64,000 nt of DNA from an uncultured Planctomycetaceae bacterium (GCA_963833985.1 CAWIAD010000001.1:96001-160000), one strand, 5' to 3'. Positions 21,862 to 33,200 are shown, counted from the first letter of the stretch. Translations and numbers: made by a program. Notes: generated by a model from the sequence alone, not told the origin.

Positions 21862-22512
21862 ATGCTGCGCTGTTCCACCTCGCTCTGGTCCGCGGACCTC
21901 GCGGACCTGGGCGCGGAGGTCCGCCGCGTCGAGCCCTATTCCGAGCGGTTCCATCTCGACGTGGCCGACGGCCATTACGTACCGGCCTTGCTCTTCTTTC
22001 CAGACCTCGTCGCGGCCATTCGCAAGCACGCCGCGATCCCCCTGGAAATTCACCTCATGACCCGGAACCCACTGGCCTGGATCGGGGCTTTTTCCGATGC
22101 CGGGGCTGATGGGTTTATCATCTGCCTGGATGCGGCCGTGGATCTGCCGGTCGTACTGGATGCGGCCAGGGAACGCGGCAAGTTCGTTGGCGTTTCACTG
22201 CGAATCGAAGAAAGTGTGGAGCAGGTCGAACCGTACCTGGACCTTCTGGACCAGGTGACCCTTTTCGGTACGGAAGTCGGAATCAAGGGCGCCGCGATGG
22301 ATGCCCGCACGCCGGGGAAGGTGCGCCAGGCCCGGCAATCGATCGATCGCCGGGGGCTTGCCGTCGAAATTGAAGTGGACGGCGGCATCCGCCGCTCCAG
22401 CGTCCCGGCGCTGGCCGCCGCCGGGGCCGACTGGATTGTCCCCGGGTCGCTCATCTTCGGCGCGGATCCCGCGGAGGTCAGGCGCTGGCTGGCCACGCTG
22501 CCCTCATGCTGA
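21862..22512 (+). CDS. Ribulose-phosphate 3-epimerase family protein
   Basis: SLWSAD, HLDVADGHYVP, EIHLM, IEVDGGI and GADWIVPGSLIF motifs; may be a paralog rather than the housekeeping rpe. Confidence 0.85.
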   Translation: MLRCSTSLWSADLADLGAEVRRVEPYSERFHLDVADGHYVPALLFFPDLVAAIRKHAAIPLEIHLMTRNPLAWIGAFSDAGADGFIICLDAAVDLPVVLDAARERGKFVGVSLRIEESVEQVEPYLDLLDQVTLFGTEVGIKGAAMDARTPGKVRQARQSIDRRGLAVEIEVDGGIRRSSVPALAAAGADWIVPGSLIFGADPAEVRRWLATLPSC

Positions 22513-22576
22513 GCTGGCCCACCGGCGAACCTGTTTCCTTTGTGCCTGCCTCGCCCCAAGGCTTGCAGAGCGTCCG

Positions 22577-23287
22577 CTACGAGAACACCCGGGCGATGAG
22601 AAAGGCGGCGGTGGCGGCCAGGCCGCCGATCAGCATGGTCTGCGCAGCACTTCGCCAGGGTCGCATACCGGTGAAGCGGCCCTTGACGTAGCCGAATCCC
22701 AGCAAGGCCACCAGTGTGACGGCCACCGAAACCAGCAGCGCCGAGTGTGTCGAACTCATGACCATGTAAGGCGAGAGCGGAATCAGTCCTCCGGCGATGT
22801 AAGCTCCGGCAATGGTCAGCGCGCTCCAGAGCGCGCGGCCGGGGTTCGGCTCTTCGAGGCCCAGTTCGAACCGCATCATGAAGTCGACCCAGGCGGGGTG
22901 GTTGTTCCGGAAGGCACGCAGGATTGGCTCAATTTCCTGGTCGGTCAGACCATAGTGCTGGAAGACCTGAGCCACCTCCAGCGCTTCGACGTCAGGCACA
23001 TCGACCACCTCGCGTTCCTCCCGGAGCTTCTCGTTGGCGAAGTGCTCCGCGTCGCTGCGGGCCGCCAGGTACCCGCCCAGACCCATGGCGATGGATCCGG
23101 CCGCGACCTCGGCAAGCCCCGCTGTAACGATGATGGCGGTGGTGGCCACGGACGATCCTGACAGTCCGGCGGCGAGTGCGAAAGGGACCGTCAGACCGTC
23201 GGACATGCCGATAACGACGTCCCGGACCGCCTCGCTGGCGGTGAAGTGACGCTCGACGTGGAGCGGTTGATGCATGAGGAGACTCAC
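22577..23287 (-). CDS. VIT1/CCC1 family iron/manganese transporter
   Basis: RDVVIGMSDGLTVPFALAAG, AGSIAMGLGGYLA and FMMRFELGL motifs. Confidence 0.92.
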   Translation of the reverse strand: MSLLMHQPLHVERHFTASEAVRDVVIGMSDGLTVPFALAAGLSGSSVATTAIIVTAGLAEVAAGSIAMGLGGYLAARSDAEHFANEKLREEREVVDVPDVEALEVAQVFQHYGLTDQEIEPILRAFRNNHPAWVDFMMRFELGLEEPNPGRALWSALTIAGAYIAGGLIPLSPYMVMSSTHSALLVSVAVTLVALLGFGYVKGRFTGMRPWRSAAQTMLIGGLAATAAFLIARVFS

Positions 23288-23330
23288 TCGGGTGCGGGTG
23301 GGTTGGAACGGTCCGGGGAGGGGTTACGGT

Positions 23331-23720
23331 TCAGTCCCGTTCCCCTGTCGCGCGGCGGGCGTCGCGCTCGAACCAGTTGTCGCGATAGTAATGTCCGCCG
23401 CGACGCCACGCCAGCACACTGGCGGCCATGTAGGCGGGAAGGAAAGCCGGTCCCCAGCGCTCGGCTTGCCGAACGTGCACCTGCTCGTGGTCGCGCAGCT
23501 CGTCAAGGATGGGCGCATCGCGGCCCAGGATCACGTGGCCCAAAGTCATGGCTCCGAAGCCGATGCGGTCGAAGAACCAGCCGGCGAATCCGCCGTGGAA
23601 TTCCAGGGCTCCCCGCCGCCCTTGCACCCGCCCGCCCGTGCCCAGAGTGATCGTGCCGGCGATCAGGCCCAGAAGAGTTGTGGGGGCGGCCCAGGCATAG
23701 CAGGCGACTCGACCCACCAT
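23331..23720 (-). CDS. Conserved hypothetical protein with an HExxH motif
   Basis: WAAPTTLLGL, AMTLGHVILG, HEQVHVRQAERWGP and YRDNWFERDA; start approximate. Confidence 0.7.
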   Translation of the reverse strand: MVGRVACYAWAAPTTLLGLIAGTITLGTGGRVQGRRGALEFHGGFAGWFFDRIGFGAMTLGHVILGRDAPILDELRDHEQVHVRQAERWGPAFLPAYMAASVLAWRRGGHYYRDNWFERDARRATGERD

Positions 23721-23967
23721 CAGCGGCGGTCTGGCGGGCTGCCGCCGGGACGGCACGCGCGCGGACCGGCTCGTCCACCTGCCGTGAAGATTGCGGCGCT
23801 CCCGGCTGCGATCTCGGTTCATTACGACGTGTCACCTCAATGAGCGTGGTAAGCTTTTGCGCGAAGCGGGCTCTGCCCCGGCCTGCATTTGCCCCGTCCA
23901 GAACACGCTTTCCGTCTCACTGGCCGGCGGTCGCTTCTTGTGGCCTCCTGGAGGATCATCACCTCTC

Positions 23968-25483
23968 GTGAGCACCAGCCTTTCACCTCGCACTTTGGAG
24001 CCATCCCAGCTCCCGGCACTCCTCCGCTCCGAGCTCGAGGAGCCACTTCCTCGCGCGGCAACTGGGTCTGGACGATCGCGCCGGCGTATACCGGCGTGTT
24101 CCTCTGGATTCCACTTCTCGACCGGCTGGGAACCTGCTGGTCTGGACCAGGCAGCACCGGCCGGCTCGCGGCAGCCGCCCTGCTGGGAATCCTCGCCTGC
24201 TACCTCCTGTTCTACGAAATTCCGGCGCGGTGGGGCAATGCAGCCGGGCGACGCCTGTGCGTGGTGGGGGCATCCACATTCGGCACGACCGGATCGGAAT
24301 GGATCCTGGGCATCGTGCTGGCGCTGGGGGCGGTGGGCTACTACGCGATGTCCATCTTCATGGCGGTCAAGCTGATCCTCCTGGGATTGCTCTCATGCGG
24401 GCTGGTCCATTCCAGCATCTTCCAGACCTGGAACCTTGGCCCGCTGGTAGTGGAGAGCCCGGTGTTTCTGCTCACGGCCGGGTTCTGGATCTACGTCGTC
24501 ACTGTGGCCTGCCGCCTGCGCATGGCGGGCGTGGTGTTTGCCCTGATGCAGGTTTATGCACCCGTGGCGCTGCTGGTTCTTGCGCGACCGCCGTACTGGC
24601 AACCAGCGGGTTGACGGTGTACGCCGGGCCTTCTCCAGGCGCCGGCTTGCCGGGCTCGCTTCCCTACGCCGCCTCCCCGTCCGGGGAACTCTTCCTCATG
24701 CAGTTGCTGCTGGGAGCGTTCGCCATGTCGGGTCTGGCGGGCGTGGAGTGGGGCATGGCCGTGCGGACCCGGCGCGACGTTCGGATCGGCGGCTGGCTGG
24801 GGATCATCCTGGCGGGGTCGTACTGCACCATCGTCTCGCTGCTCACGGTGGCGGCAGCGGCAGGCCGGATCGGCATCCCGGGCTCGCTCCCTGGTCACGA
24901 TTCGCCCGTGACTCCGCTGTCATTTCACTGGGCCATCTTCCAGGGCATCGGCGGGATCACCGGCGGCGTTCTCCTCATGCTGCTGGGGCTGGTCACCATG
25001 GCCCCGGCGGTGTACTCGGCGTGGGTCTTCCGCCAGAAGACCTCCACGCGCTGGCCTGCGATTCCCCGCAGGCAGTGGACACGGCTGGGCGGGGTGCTTG
25101 CATTCCTGCTCGCGGCGACCGGCCTGGCAGACCGGATCGAGACGCTCTTCGAGCTGCTCGGCGCGGTGTTCGCACCGGCCGTCGGAGCCCTGGTGGCAGA
25201 CTGTCTGCGGCAGAAGGGGACCTGGCGCGGCGTCCGCCCCGGCTGGAACCCGGCGGGCCTGCTGGCCTGGGTTGTGGGTTGTGCCGTTGCCCTCGTGCCG
25301 GTGCTCGGTCGAGCCCTTGACTGGACGACGGCAGAGCGATTCCAGCCCGCGGTCCTCTACGGCTATCTGGCTGCGGCCGCCACCTATCTGATCGTCTCGA
25401 GCGCGGGTCTCGAACGGCCGCTGGTTCGCATTGATAAGACCGCTTCTGATGCAGCACAGCCCGCTGCGCCTGCCCCGGGCTGA
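23968..25483 (+). CDS. Polytopic membrane transporter, purine-cytosine permease-like (frameshifts ~24055 and ~24585)
   Basis: GGAGGA RBS and GTG at 23968; ~12 TM segments over ORFs 23889..24614 and 24230..25483; STFGTTGS, LLGAVFAPAVGALVAD and GWNPAG motifs. Confidence 0.65.
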
Positions 25484-25552
25484 GACCGTCGCCCACGCTC
25501 GTCGGCCAGGCCGGTTCCACCCAGAGCGCCGCTCGGGCACCGGCTGCCCGGA

Positions 25553-26938
25553 TCAGTGGCCGCCGGGCGCGGAGAGCGAGGTCAGCATCTGAATGTAGGG
25601 CAAGAACACGGCCAGGATGATGAACAGCACGACGCCGCCCAGGGCGAGTACGAGGAACGGCTGAACCAGGTGCCCAAGGTTCTTGACCATGTGCGACACC
25701 TGTTCCTCGTAGTCGTCGGCCAGGTGATTCAGGCTCTCGGGAATCTTGCCCGTCTCCTCACCCGTCTCCAGGACCGCGAGGATGTCCGCCGAGAACTGCC
25801 GCGACGGCGCGAGCGCCGCGCTCAGCTCCTTCCCCTGGATCACCTTTTCCCGAGCGGCGCGGACGGCCTGGCTGATGGGCGTCATGTGGACCACGCCGGC
25901 AGTCAGGTCGATGGAGCTACCGACGTCGACGCCGGCATCGAGCAGGGTCGCCAGGGTGCGGGCAAACCGGCTGACGTCGATCTTGCGGCAGAGTGCGCCG
26001 AAGACCGGAACGCGCAGGATCAACCGGTCGATCAGCGCACGGCCGGCAGAGGTCTTGTAGAACCGGTAGATCAGCACGGGCGTGCCGAAGAAGACAATCG
26101 GCATGACCCACCAGCCGGCGGCTCCGACAAAGTCGCTGAACGCCATGAGGGCGCGGCTGGGCAAGGGAAGCTCGGACTTGCTTCCCAGGTCCTTGAGCAT
26201 GGAAGCGAACATGGGCAGCAGGAAGACGGTCAGCAGCGCGATCACGCCGGCCGCCATCGTCAGCACGATGACGGGGTAGATGAGCGCCGAGCGCGCCTGG
26301 CGGATCAGCCGCTGGCGGGCCTCGTAATGGTTGCCCATCATGCGTAGCGTTTCGGGCACACCCCCGCGCGCCTCGGCCACGCGGATCATGCTCAGGAACA
26401 TCGGGCTGAAGACCCGGGGTTCCTCGGCCATCGCTTCTTCAAGCGTGGATCCGTTCTTGATGGCGAGCTTCATGCGGCCGATAGGCAGCCCCAGCGCTGA
26501 TCCGGTGAATTGCTTTTCCAGGCTGGCGAAGGTACGCGTGTAATCCACTCCCGCGTTCAGATACGAGGCGCACTGGCGGCAGAACTGGGCGAGCTGACCG
26601 GAGCTGACGCGGCCGAAGAGGATGCGCTCCCACCACTTCGGTCCCGCCGCCAGGGGCTCGCGGTACGCGCGGTCGAAGTCGGCGGAGCGCGACGCTTTCG
26701 CCGCGCCGGCTCCCGGCTGTGCGCCGGGTCCGGATGCGGACCCGCCCTTGGCTTTCGGCCGGGCGGGGTTGGGCCGGAAGGTCGTCTTGTCAGGGACGTC
26801 CGAGGGGGGCAGCCGTGGAGGCTGCGAGCCTGGCCGCTTTGCCGCGCCTCCGGGACGGCGAGGCGGCTGCGGCCGCGACGGATCCGGGTCGTCGAACGCT
26901 TGGCTCAAGGTCGGGCCCCCGTGAAAGAGATGCGGCAT
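25553..26938 (-). CDS. Type II secretion system F family / PilC inner-membrane platform protein (alternative start TTG 26908)
   Basis: Two T2SSF repeats: AEARGGVPETL...ALIYP and GEETGKIPESL...AVFLP; RFARTLATLLDAGV. Confidence 0.9.
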   Translation of the reverse strand: MPHLFHGGPTLSQAFDDPDPSRPQPPRRPGGAAKRPGSQPPRLPPSDVPDKTTFRPNPARPKAKGGSASGPGAQPGAGAAKASRSADFDRAYREPLAAGPKWWERILFGRVSSGQLAQFCRQCASYLNAGVDYTRTFASLEKQFTGSALGLPIGRMKLAIKNGSTLEEAMAEEPRVFSPMFLSMIRVAEARGGVPETLRMMGNHYEARQRLIRQARSALIYPVIVLTMAAGVIALLTVFLLPMFASMLKDLGSKSELPLPSRALMAFSDFVGAAGWWVMPIVFFGTPVLIYRFYKTSAGRALIDRLILRVPVFGALCRKIDVSRFARTLATLLDAGVDVGSSIDLTAGVVHMTPISQAVRAAREKVIQGKELSAALAPSRQFSADILAVLETGEETGKIPESLNHLADDYEEQVSHMVKNLGHLVQPFLVLALGGVVLFIILAVFLPYIQMLTSLSAPGGH

Positions 26939-27074
26939 GCGGACACGAGAAAGGCGCCCGCGAGTTTCGCATCCTCCTCATCGTCCGGACCGATCGCCGG
27001 CAGGTCAAGTGCCGGGAACACCAGGACTGCTTCATTTCATGCTCCGTTTCCACTGCCCTCAGGGGGAGATCCGG

Positions 27075-27489
27075 TCAGCGGCTGAGAACCAGTGGCAGTG
27101 CCCGGAGACGACCGACCGCGGGAGAGTTGTTGCACGGGAGCCTGAGGGCCACCCGGATGTGGCCGTCAACACCAGGTGAGCCCACTGGCCCCCGGAGTTG
27201 GCTTGTGGAGGATGAGCTCCCTGGACGAACGGCAGGTCTCGCTCGGCTGGCGTGTCGTCGAGCCATCGCCCGGGTGAGCCGCGACCGGCTGGCCACCAGG
27301 GACTTGACGACCTTGCGGACCAGGCGGGCGGCGATGTCCCTGGCCCACTTGCCGGCAGCCGGCGCCGCCGTGTCGCAGGGTCGGAGGCCGTGTGTTCAGG
27401 CCCGCGGCGCGGATCCACCGTGTGACGGTCCTCCGCCCGCGTGCCAGGACCGCGCCGAGGAGCAACCAGGCCAGCCTGCCAGCGGATCC
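27075..27489 (-). pseudogene. Degraded IS701-family transposase fragment
   Basis: Across frames: RLAWLLLGAVLARGRRTVTRWIRAAGL, RPCDTAAPAAGK, IAARLVRKVVK, LDDTPAER, HKPTPG, GSPGVDGHIRV; several frameshifts; truncated at both ends. Confidence 0.75.
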
Positions 27490-28033
27490 GTGGCCGTGGA
27501 TGGCTTCGCGGTTCTGGATAACCATCTGCACCGGCTGGTGCGGCTCGAGCCAGATGTGGCGGCGGGGTGGGCGGATGAAGAGGTCGTGCGGCGCTGGGGG
27601 AGGCTCTTCCCGCCCCGCGACAGAGCGCGACAGGCTGTGCCGGTCTCGGACGCGTGGGTGCAGGAGCGGCTGAGAGACGTGAGGTGGGTGGTGATCGCAC
27701 GCCAGCGGCTGGAAAGCCTGAGCTGGTTCATGATGTGCCTGAAGGAGCCGCTGTCGCGAATGGCCAACCGCGAGGAGAACACCCGCGGGGCGTTCTTCGA
27801 GGGGCGGTTCCAGAGCGTGGCGATCCTCGATGAGGAATCGCTGCTGGCAACGTGTGCCTCCATCGATCTGAAACCGGTGGCGGCGGGCATTGCTGAGGTA
27901 CCCGAGGCGAGCGCCCACGCGTCGATCAAGGAACGGGAGGAGCACATTCAGGAGCAGGGCGGGCGGAGGACCTGAAGTCTGCAAAGTCCGGCAGCGTGGC
28001 GGGGTCGCAGGCGGCGGAGGGGCTGGAAGAAGA
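27490..28033 (+). pseudogene. Truncated Y1/HUH (REP-associated tyrosine transposase-like) fragment
   Basis: FAVLDNHLH (HUH), LSWFMMCLKEPLSRMANREE and FFEGRFQS motifs; the usual YxDLNP motif reads SIDLKP; N- and C-termini missing. Confidence 0.8.
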
Positions 28034-28043
28034 TGCCACGAAG

Positions 28044-28386
28044 TGCAGGTCGGGCTCACGCCCGAGGTTGGGGGGTTGCGCCCGTGGAAACCACGTGCTC
28101 ACGCACGTGGCCATCGCTCTGCGCCGCGGACGCCGGGTCGGGTGGACCGGCGCCGTGGGGATGCGTGTGATGCGGCGATATGCAGGTCGGGCTCACGCCC
28201 GAGGTTGGGGGCTGCGCCCGTGGAAACCACGTGCTCACGCACGTGGCCATCGCTCTGCGCCGCGGACGCCGGGTCGGGTGGACCGGCGCCGTGGGGATGC
28301 GTGTGATGCGGCGATATGCAGGTCGGGCTCACGCCCGAGGTCGGGGGCTACGCCCGTGGAAACCACGTGCTTACGCACGTGGCCAT
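28044..28386. repeat. Tandem array of 2.5 near-identical 136-137-bp units, each with two REP-like hairpins
   Basis: Units start at 28044, 28181 and 28317; hairpins TCGGGC-TCAC-GCCCGA and CCACGTGC-TCAC-GCACGTGG. Confidence 0.9.
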
Positions 28387-28508
28387 GGGCAGCGGATCCA
28401 AGGCGCTGGCGCCCGCGGCCATGGGCAGCGGATCCGGGCGCCGGCGCCGCGGGCCCAGGTGGAAGCGGACGCCGCGATGTCCACAAGGCCCTGAACGTAG
28501 GCAGTTGC

Positions 28509-28597
28509 GTAGGGTGTGCCCAGCGCAGCGACGGCGCACCGAATTGCGTCGCGGTCATCCCCACTGGTGCGTCGTCGCTGCGCTGGACGCAGCCTAC
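28509..28597. repeat. GTAG-family REPIN (inverted REP doublet)
   Basis: GTAGGGTGTGCCCAGCGCAGCGACGGCGCACC ... GGTGCGTCGTCGCTGCGCTGGACGCAGCCTAC. Confidence 0.85.
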
Positions 28598-28864
28598 AAA
28601 TGCACACACTGGCGAGCACCAGTAAGATACAATCCCCGCCCGCACAAGGTCGTGAGCATCGACCGGGCGGAGTGCATGGGACAGCGTGGGGGCGATCCAC
28701 AAAGCGCTCCGAACCGGGCACAGCAACGGGCGGCTTGACCACGGCAAGCCAGGCGGCCACGCCAATTTCGGACACCGAACCCCGCGCGGACGGCTCGCAC
28801 ACCACCCTGAACTGTGGCTGGCCCTTTCGTGCGACTCGGATTCCCCTGGAAGCGTCGGCGCAGC

Positions 28865-28891
28865 AAAAACCCCGGCAGTTGCTCCGGGGTT
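28865..28891 (-). terminator. Putative rho-independent terminator downstream of the ferredoxin gene
   Basis: AACCCCGG-loop-CCGGGGTT stem followed by a T-run on the minus strand. Confidence 0.55.
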
Positions 28892-28963
28892 GAAGAACGA
28901 CGTCTCTCGATCGCCTGGCGCGGGAGCGCTCGCGGCTTGCGGGCGGCCGGATGGAAAGGTCTG

Positions 28964-29269
28964 TTATTTCTTCTTGCGCGACTTGTCGCACGACTCGGAT
29001 TCGAGGGCGTCTTTCTTCTCGTTGATCACGGGGCAGAGCGGCGACTGTTCGGCATTCAGCGCGGTGAAATCCTTCCACTCCTCAGGCAGGTTGTCCTCGT
29101 GGAAGATGGCCTCGACGGGGCATTCCGGGACGCAGGCCTCGCAGTCGATGCATTCATCCGGGTGGATGTAAAGCATCTGGGCACCCTCGTAAAAGCAATC
29201 GACCGGGCAGACCACCACGCAGTCGGTGTATTTGCAGTCGAAGCAAGGCTCGGCGACAACGTGAGCCAT
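28964..29269 (-). CDS. fdxA: 7Fe ([3Fe-4S]/[4Fe-4S]) ferredoxin
   Basis: [29 protein letters not shown]...[30 protein letters not shown]. Confidence 0.93.
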   Translation of the reverse strand: MAHVVAEPCFDCKYTDCVVVCPVDCFYEGAQMLYIHPDECIDCEACVPECPVEAIFHEDNLPEEWKDFTALNAEQSPLCPVINEKKDALESESCDKSRKKK

Positions 29270-29427
29270 TCGTGACTCCTTTGGCGGTTCAAATTCAAGA
29301 CTCGGGATCGCCCGCGGGCGGCAAAGGGGCGGAAGCCGCCGCCCCGGATGCACGTCATCTTAGGAAGCTCCACCGGGACGGTCAAGGGCGTGCCAGGGGC
29401 CGGGTTCAGAGAACTGAAAGTGGTGGA

Positions 29428-30030
29428 TCAACTGGACTTCCGCTTGGCGCTCTTGATGGTGATCGCCTTCAGCGGCACGTTCTCATGAGGACCCCGCGAG
29501 GCGGTCGAGACGTTGGCGATCTTGTCCACGACGTCCATGCCATCGATCACCTTGCCGAAGACGGTGTAGCCCCCGCCGTAGTTGTCCAGCCGGGGGTTAT
29601 CGGCATGGTTGATGAAGAACTGGCAGGTGGCCGAGTTCGGGTTGGCGGTGCGGGCCATGGCGACGGTCCCGCGCTCGTTCGAAAGTCCGTTGCTCGACTC
29701 GTTCTTGATCGGGTCGTGCCGGCCCTTGGACTTCTCCTCCATCTGCTCGGTCATGCCGCCCCCCTGGACCATGAATCCAGGGATCACGCGATGGAAGATG
29801 AGACCGTCGTAGAAGCCCTCATCGACATACTTGAGGAAGTTCGCGACGGTGATGGGGGCTTTGTCGGGGTACAGCTCCAGAGTGATCGGCCCCATCGACG
29901 TATCGAGCACGACGACGGGCTTCTGGCCGGAGGCCTGGCCGGCGACCGCACTGGCGGACAGACAGGCGCCCAGACCCAGGGCCACGAGGGAGAACAAGGT
30001 GAGCGAAGTCATGAGTCGTCCTGGTTGCAT
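29428..30030 (-). CDS. ppiA: Exported cyclophilin-type peptidyl-prolyl cis-trans isomerase
   Basis: Signal peptide; FHRVIPGFMVQGGG, AMART, SATCQFFIN and GYTVFGKV motifs. Confidence 0.9.
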   Translation of the reverse strand: MQPGRLMTSLTLFSLVALGLGACLSASAVAGQASGQKPVVVLDTSMGPITLELYPDKAPITVANFLKYVDEGFYDGLIFHRVIPGFMVQGGGMTEQMEEKSKGRHDPIKNESSNGLSNERGTVAMARTANPNSATCQFFINHADNPRLDNYGGGYTVFGKVIDGMDVVDKIANVSTASRGPHENVPLKAITIKSAKRKSS

Positions 30031-30246
30031 GGTCTGAAGAACTCCACGGTGGCGAGCCCACACGGATCGCCGGGACGGGGCCGCTCACCCCGCCCCTGAC
30101 AGATCTCCACACGAGCAGACACGTTACGCTAACAAACCGGGGGAATGCTGTCGAGCGGCTGGCAGCAGGTCCGGCAACTCGCCGGAGGAGGCATTCCGTG
30201 GTCGGCACGCGAGTACGGGGCCAGGCCGGACGCCCGGGCCTCCGGG

Positions 30247-33200
30247 TCAATTGCCCGAAATCGGCCGGCCGAGCTGGCGCACCAGCGTCTCCGCGTCCTG
30301 GACCATGGCCGGGGTGAGCTGCTCGCGGCCTTCGAGCGCCTTGGCCAGGTAGACCCGGGCGCGGACACTGCGTGAATGGTCCACGGCGAGCAGCTTACCG
30401 ATGTGGTAATTGAGCATGGGATGATCGGGAGATCGCACCAGGCCCGACTGGTACGACGCTTCCGCGTCGGTGCGGCGTCCCATCGCTTCCTGGATGGCAC
30501 CCAGGGTGTCATAAAACTCTCCCGGCAGAGTCGCCGGGTTGACGCCTTTCATCACGCTCTGGAGCAGTTCGTATGCCTGCGGAGTCTTCTTGAGGTAAGT
30601 GTGCAGGACCCACGCCTTGTTGTTGGCCGCCTCGATGTGGGCCGGCTGGGTCCTGAGCACGCGGTCGTACTCGGCAACGCAGCGCTCGAAAAAGGGACGG
30701 GCGGCACCGGCGTCGCCCTGGCTCTCACCGAGGGAGAGCAGCAGGTCGCCCAGGTTCAGATGCGCGACCGCGTTATCCAGCAAGCTCGCGGCGCGCTCCG
30801 AGACCGGCAGGGCCAGGGCAAGCTGGCCGGCCTTGTGGTAGCCGACGGCCGCGGCCAGCACCAGCGACCCTTCCTTGTCGCGCTCGATGACCGCGGCGAC
30901 CGTCTGCTCGGCCAGGGCCAGGTCGGCGGCGCTGGGTGGAGCGCCTGTGGGCTGCTGGCGGCCGGCCAGCATCTGCACCAGCCGCGCCAGCGCCTCGCCG
31001 TCCTGGGGGTTGGCCTTGAGCGCCCGGTTGAGCGCCGCAATCGCGGCCGGCCGGCGGCCGCGCGCCTGCTCGATGTCGGCTAGCGTGTGGTAGGCCTCGC
31101 GGAACCGAGGTTCGGTGGTGATGGCCGCCTGCAAACGTTCGACGGCGGCCCTGCGCCCGGCCTCGCGCTGGGAATCGCCGGAGCCGGCCTCGGCCAGGGC
31201 GCGGGCCTCCAGCAAGATGGCGTCGGCGCGGTCCTTGTTGTCGTCCAGCACGATCCGCGCCTGCTTCAGCGCCTCATCGGGCTCGTGCAGCTTCATCGAG
31301 CTCCTGACCCAGCAGGATGCGGATCTCGGGCTGTGTCGGGTTCCGCTGGAGTGCTTCCCTGTAGCCCTTGACAACGTCGTCCGATTTGCCGGCGCGAGCG
31401 TACAGCCTGGCCCGCAGCAGAGGCCCCGTGGTGGACTCGGGTGCCGCCTTGTCGATCTCCTCGGTGATGGCGATGGCCCGGTTCAGATCTCCGGCACGCG
31501 CCGCCAGGTCGCACTCGGCCTGCATGAAGACGATGCTCCGCGAATACCGCTTGCGGAAGTCGCGAATCATCACCAGGGCCTTATCGTCGAGCGTGCGCTG
31601 GAGCGTGGACTTGCCGGCGGCTGCTGCCTCGGCGGCCTCGAGGGAAACCACCTGCACGAGAGCGGCCGCGAGGTTGGCGTCCTCCGGCGATTCGGCCAGA
31701 AGCTTGTTCAGCAAGCTTTCTGCCCGCTCGTATTCCTTCCGCTCGCGGAGCACGTCCACCAGCAACCGCCGGAACACCCCCCTGGGGTCGTCGTGGGTCT
31801 TCGACTCGATGAGCTCGAGGGCGCCCTGGAGGTCGCCCCGCGAGGCCAGCAGGTAATACTCCGCCTGGACGAGCTCGATCGATCGGGGCTGGATGGTGAG
31901 CCCGCGTTCGAGCACGGCCCGGGCGCGCTGGGTGGCCGTGGCCGCCGGCGGTTTCTCGTTCTCGACCGCGGCCAGCATCAGAAAGAAGACGGCCGGCGCC
32001 TTCTCCGGAGTCTTGCTCGAGAGATCAATGGCCCGGCCGAGCACCGCCCCCGCCTGGTCGTATTGCTTCTTGCTGAGGTCGATATAGGAGCGGGTGACGA
32101 CCGCGGCTGCGTTTGCGGGGTTGAGCTTCAACACGTAGTCGAGCTGCGCCCCGGCCGCGGCCTCTTCGTTCTGCTGGCGATAGAGGTTCGCTCCCCGGAC
32201 CCGCTCGTCGTTGCTGGGCGGGTTCTGGCGATCGTTGAGGATGGCCGCGAGCTCGCGGCGGGCATAGGGCCACTGGCGCTTGGCCACGTATGCCGTGACG
32301 AGCTGCCAGCGGTCGGCGTGGCTGAGCTTGCCGTTCTGGCTGTTTCTCTTCAGCTCCTCGAAGCGGCGGATGGCATCGTCCAGCTTGCCGGACTGGAGCT
32401 CCAGGTTGGCCAGGGCCGACTGGGCCGCTGACATGAGCGTGACGCCGGAATCGATCTCCTTGCTGGGCCGGTTCTTGACAAGGTCTTCCAGGGCCCGCGT
32501 CGCCTGCGAGAGCGAACCGGTCTGGCTGTCGAGCTGGGCCTTCCAGAACTGGACAACCTTGTTCTCCGGGTCTTTCTTGAGGGCCTCGTTGAAGTGCTCC
32601 AGGGCAGCCGCGACGTTTTTCCGCTTGAGTGCAAGCTGTCCATCGAGAATGTCGCCGGTGGCGGCCTCGGCCCAGCGCTTGCGAATCCTGGCGATGGTCT
32701 CGGCGGCCGCGTCCACGTTGTTCTGCTGCAAGTCGATCTGGACGACCTGGACCAGCGGAGAGGAGTTGTCGCAGCGTTCCGCAAGCGCCAGCAGCAGCGT
32801 GCGGGCTTCGGCCGGGCGGTTCAGCGATTCGGCGAGGATCTGGCGGCGCATCAGCGCCAGGGTGACGTTGTCCGGGTCGCCGGCGAGGTACGCCGCCAGC
32901 AACTGGTTGGCTTCCTCGGGCTTGCCGTCCTTGTTGTGCATTGCGGCGTCCAGCCCGGCGAGGCTCGGGCGAACGGGGGTAGTGCGCCCGCGCCTTGCGC
33001 AGCAGCCGGCGTGCTTCGGCGGGCTTACCCATCTCTTCCTGGATGAGGACCGCGAGGTTCTCGGCACCCGGTCCGCCCTGCCCGCTGCGCGCAGCCGGTC
33101 GAGCCGCGCCAGGGCGTTGGCGTGGTGGCCCATCTGCACATCGATCTGGGCCTGCCGCAGCGCCACGGTTGCCGTGCCCGGTCCCCCGTGTTCCAGGGCT

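Noticed and set aside
26719..27975. Intact 418-aa transposase ORF
   Set aside because: Only the last ~160 codons are transposase-like; the N-terminal part is antisense to IS701/pilC sequence, and the catalytic Tyr is absent
28044..28386. Possible CRISPR array
   Set aside because: The sequences between the palindromes are identical rather than unique spacers, the period is 137 bp, and no cas genes are present
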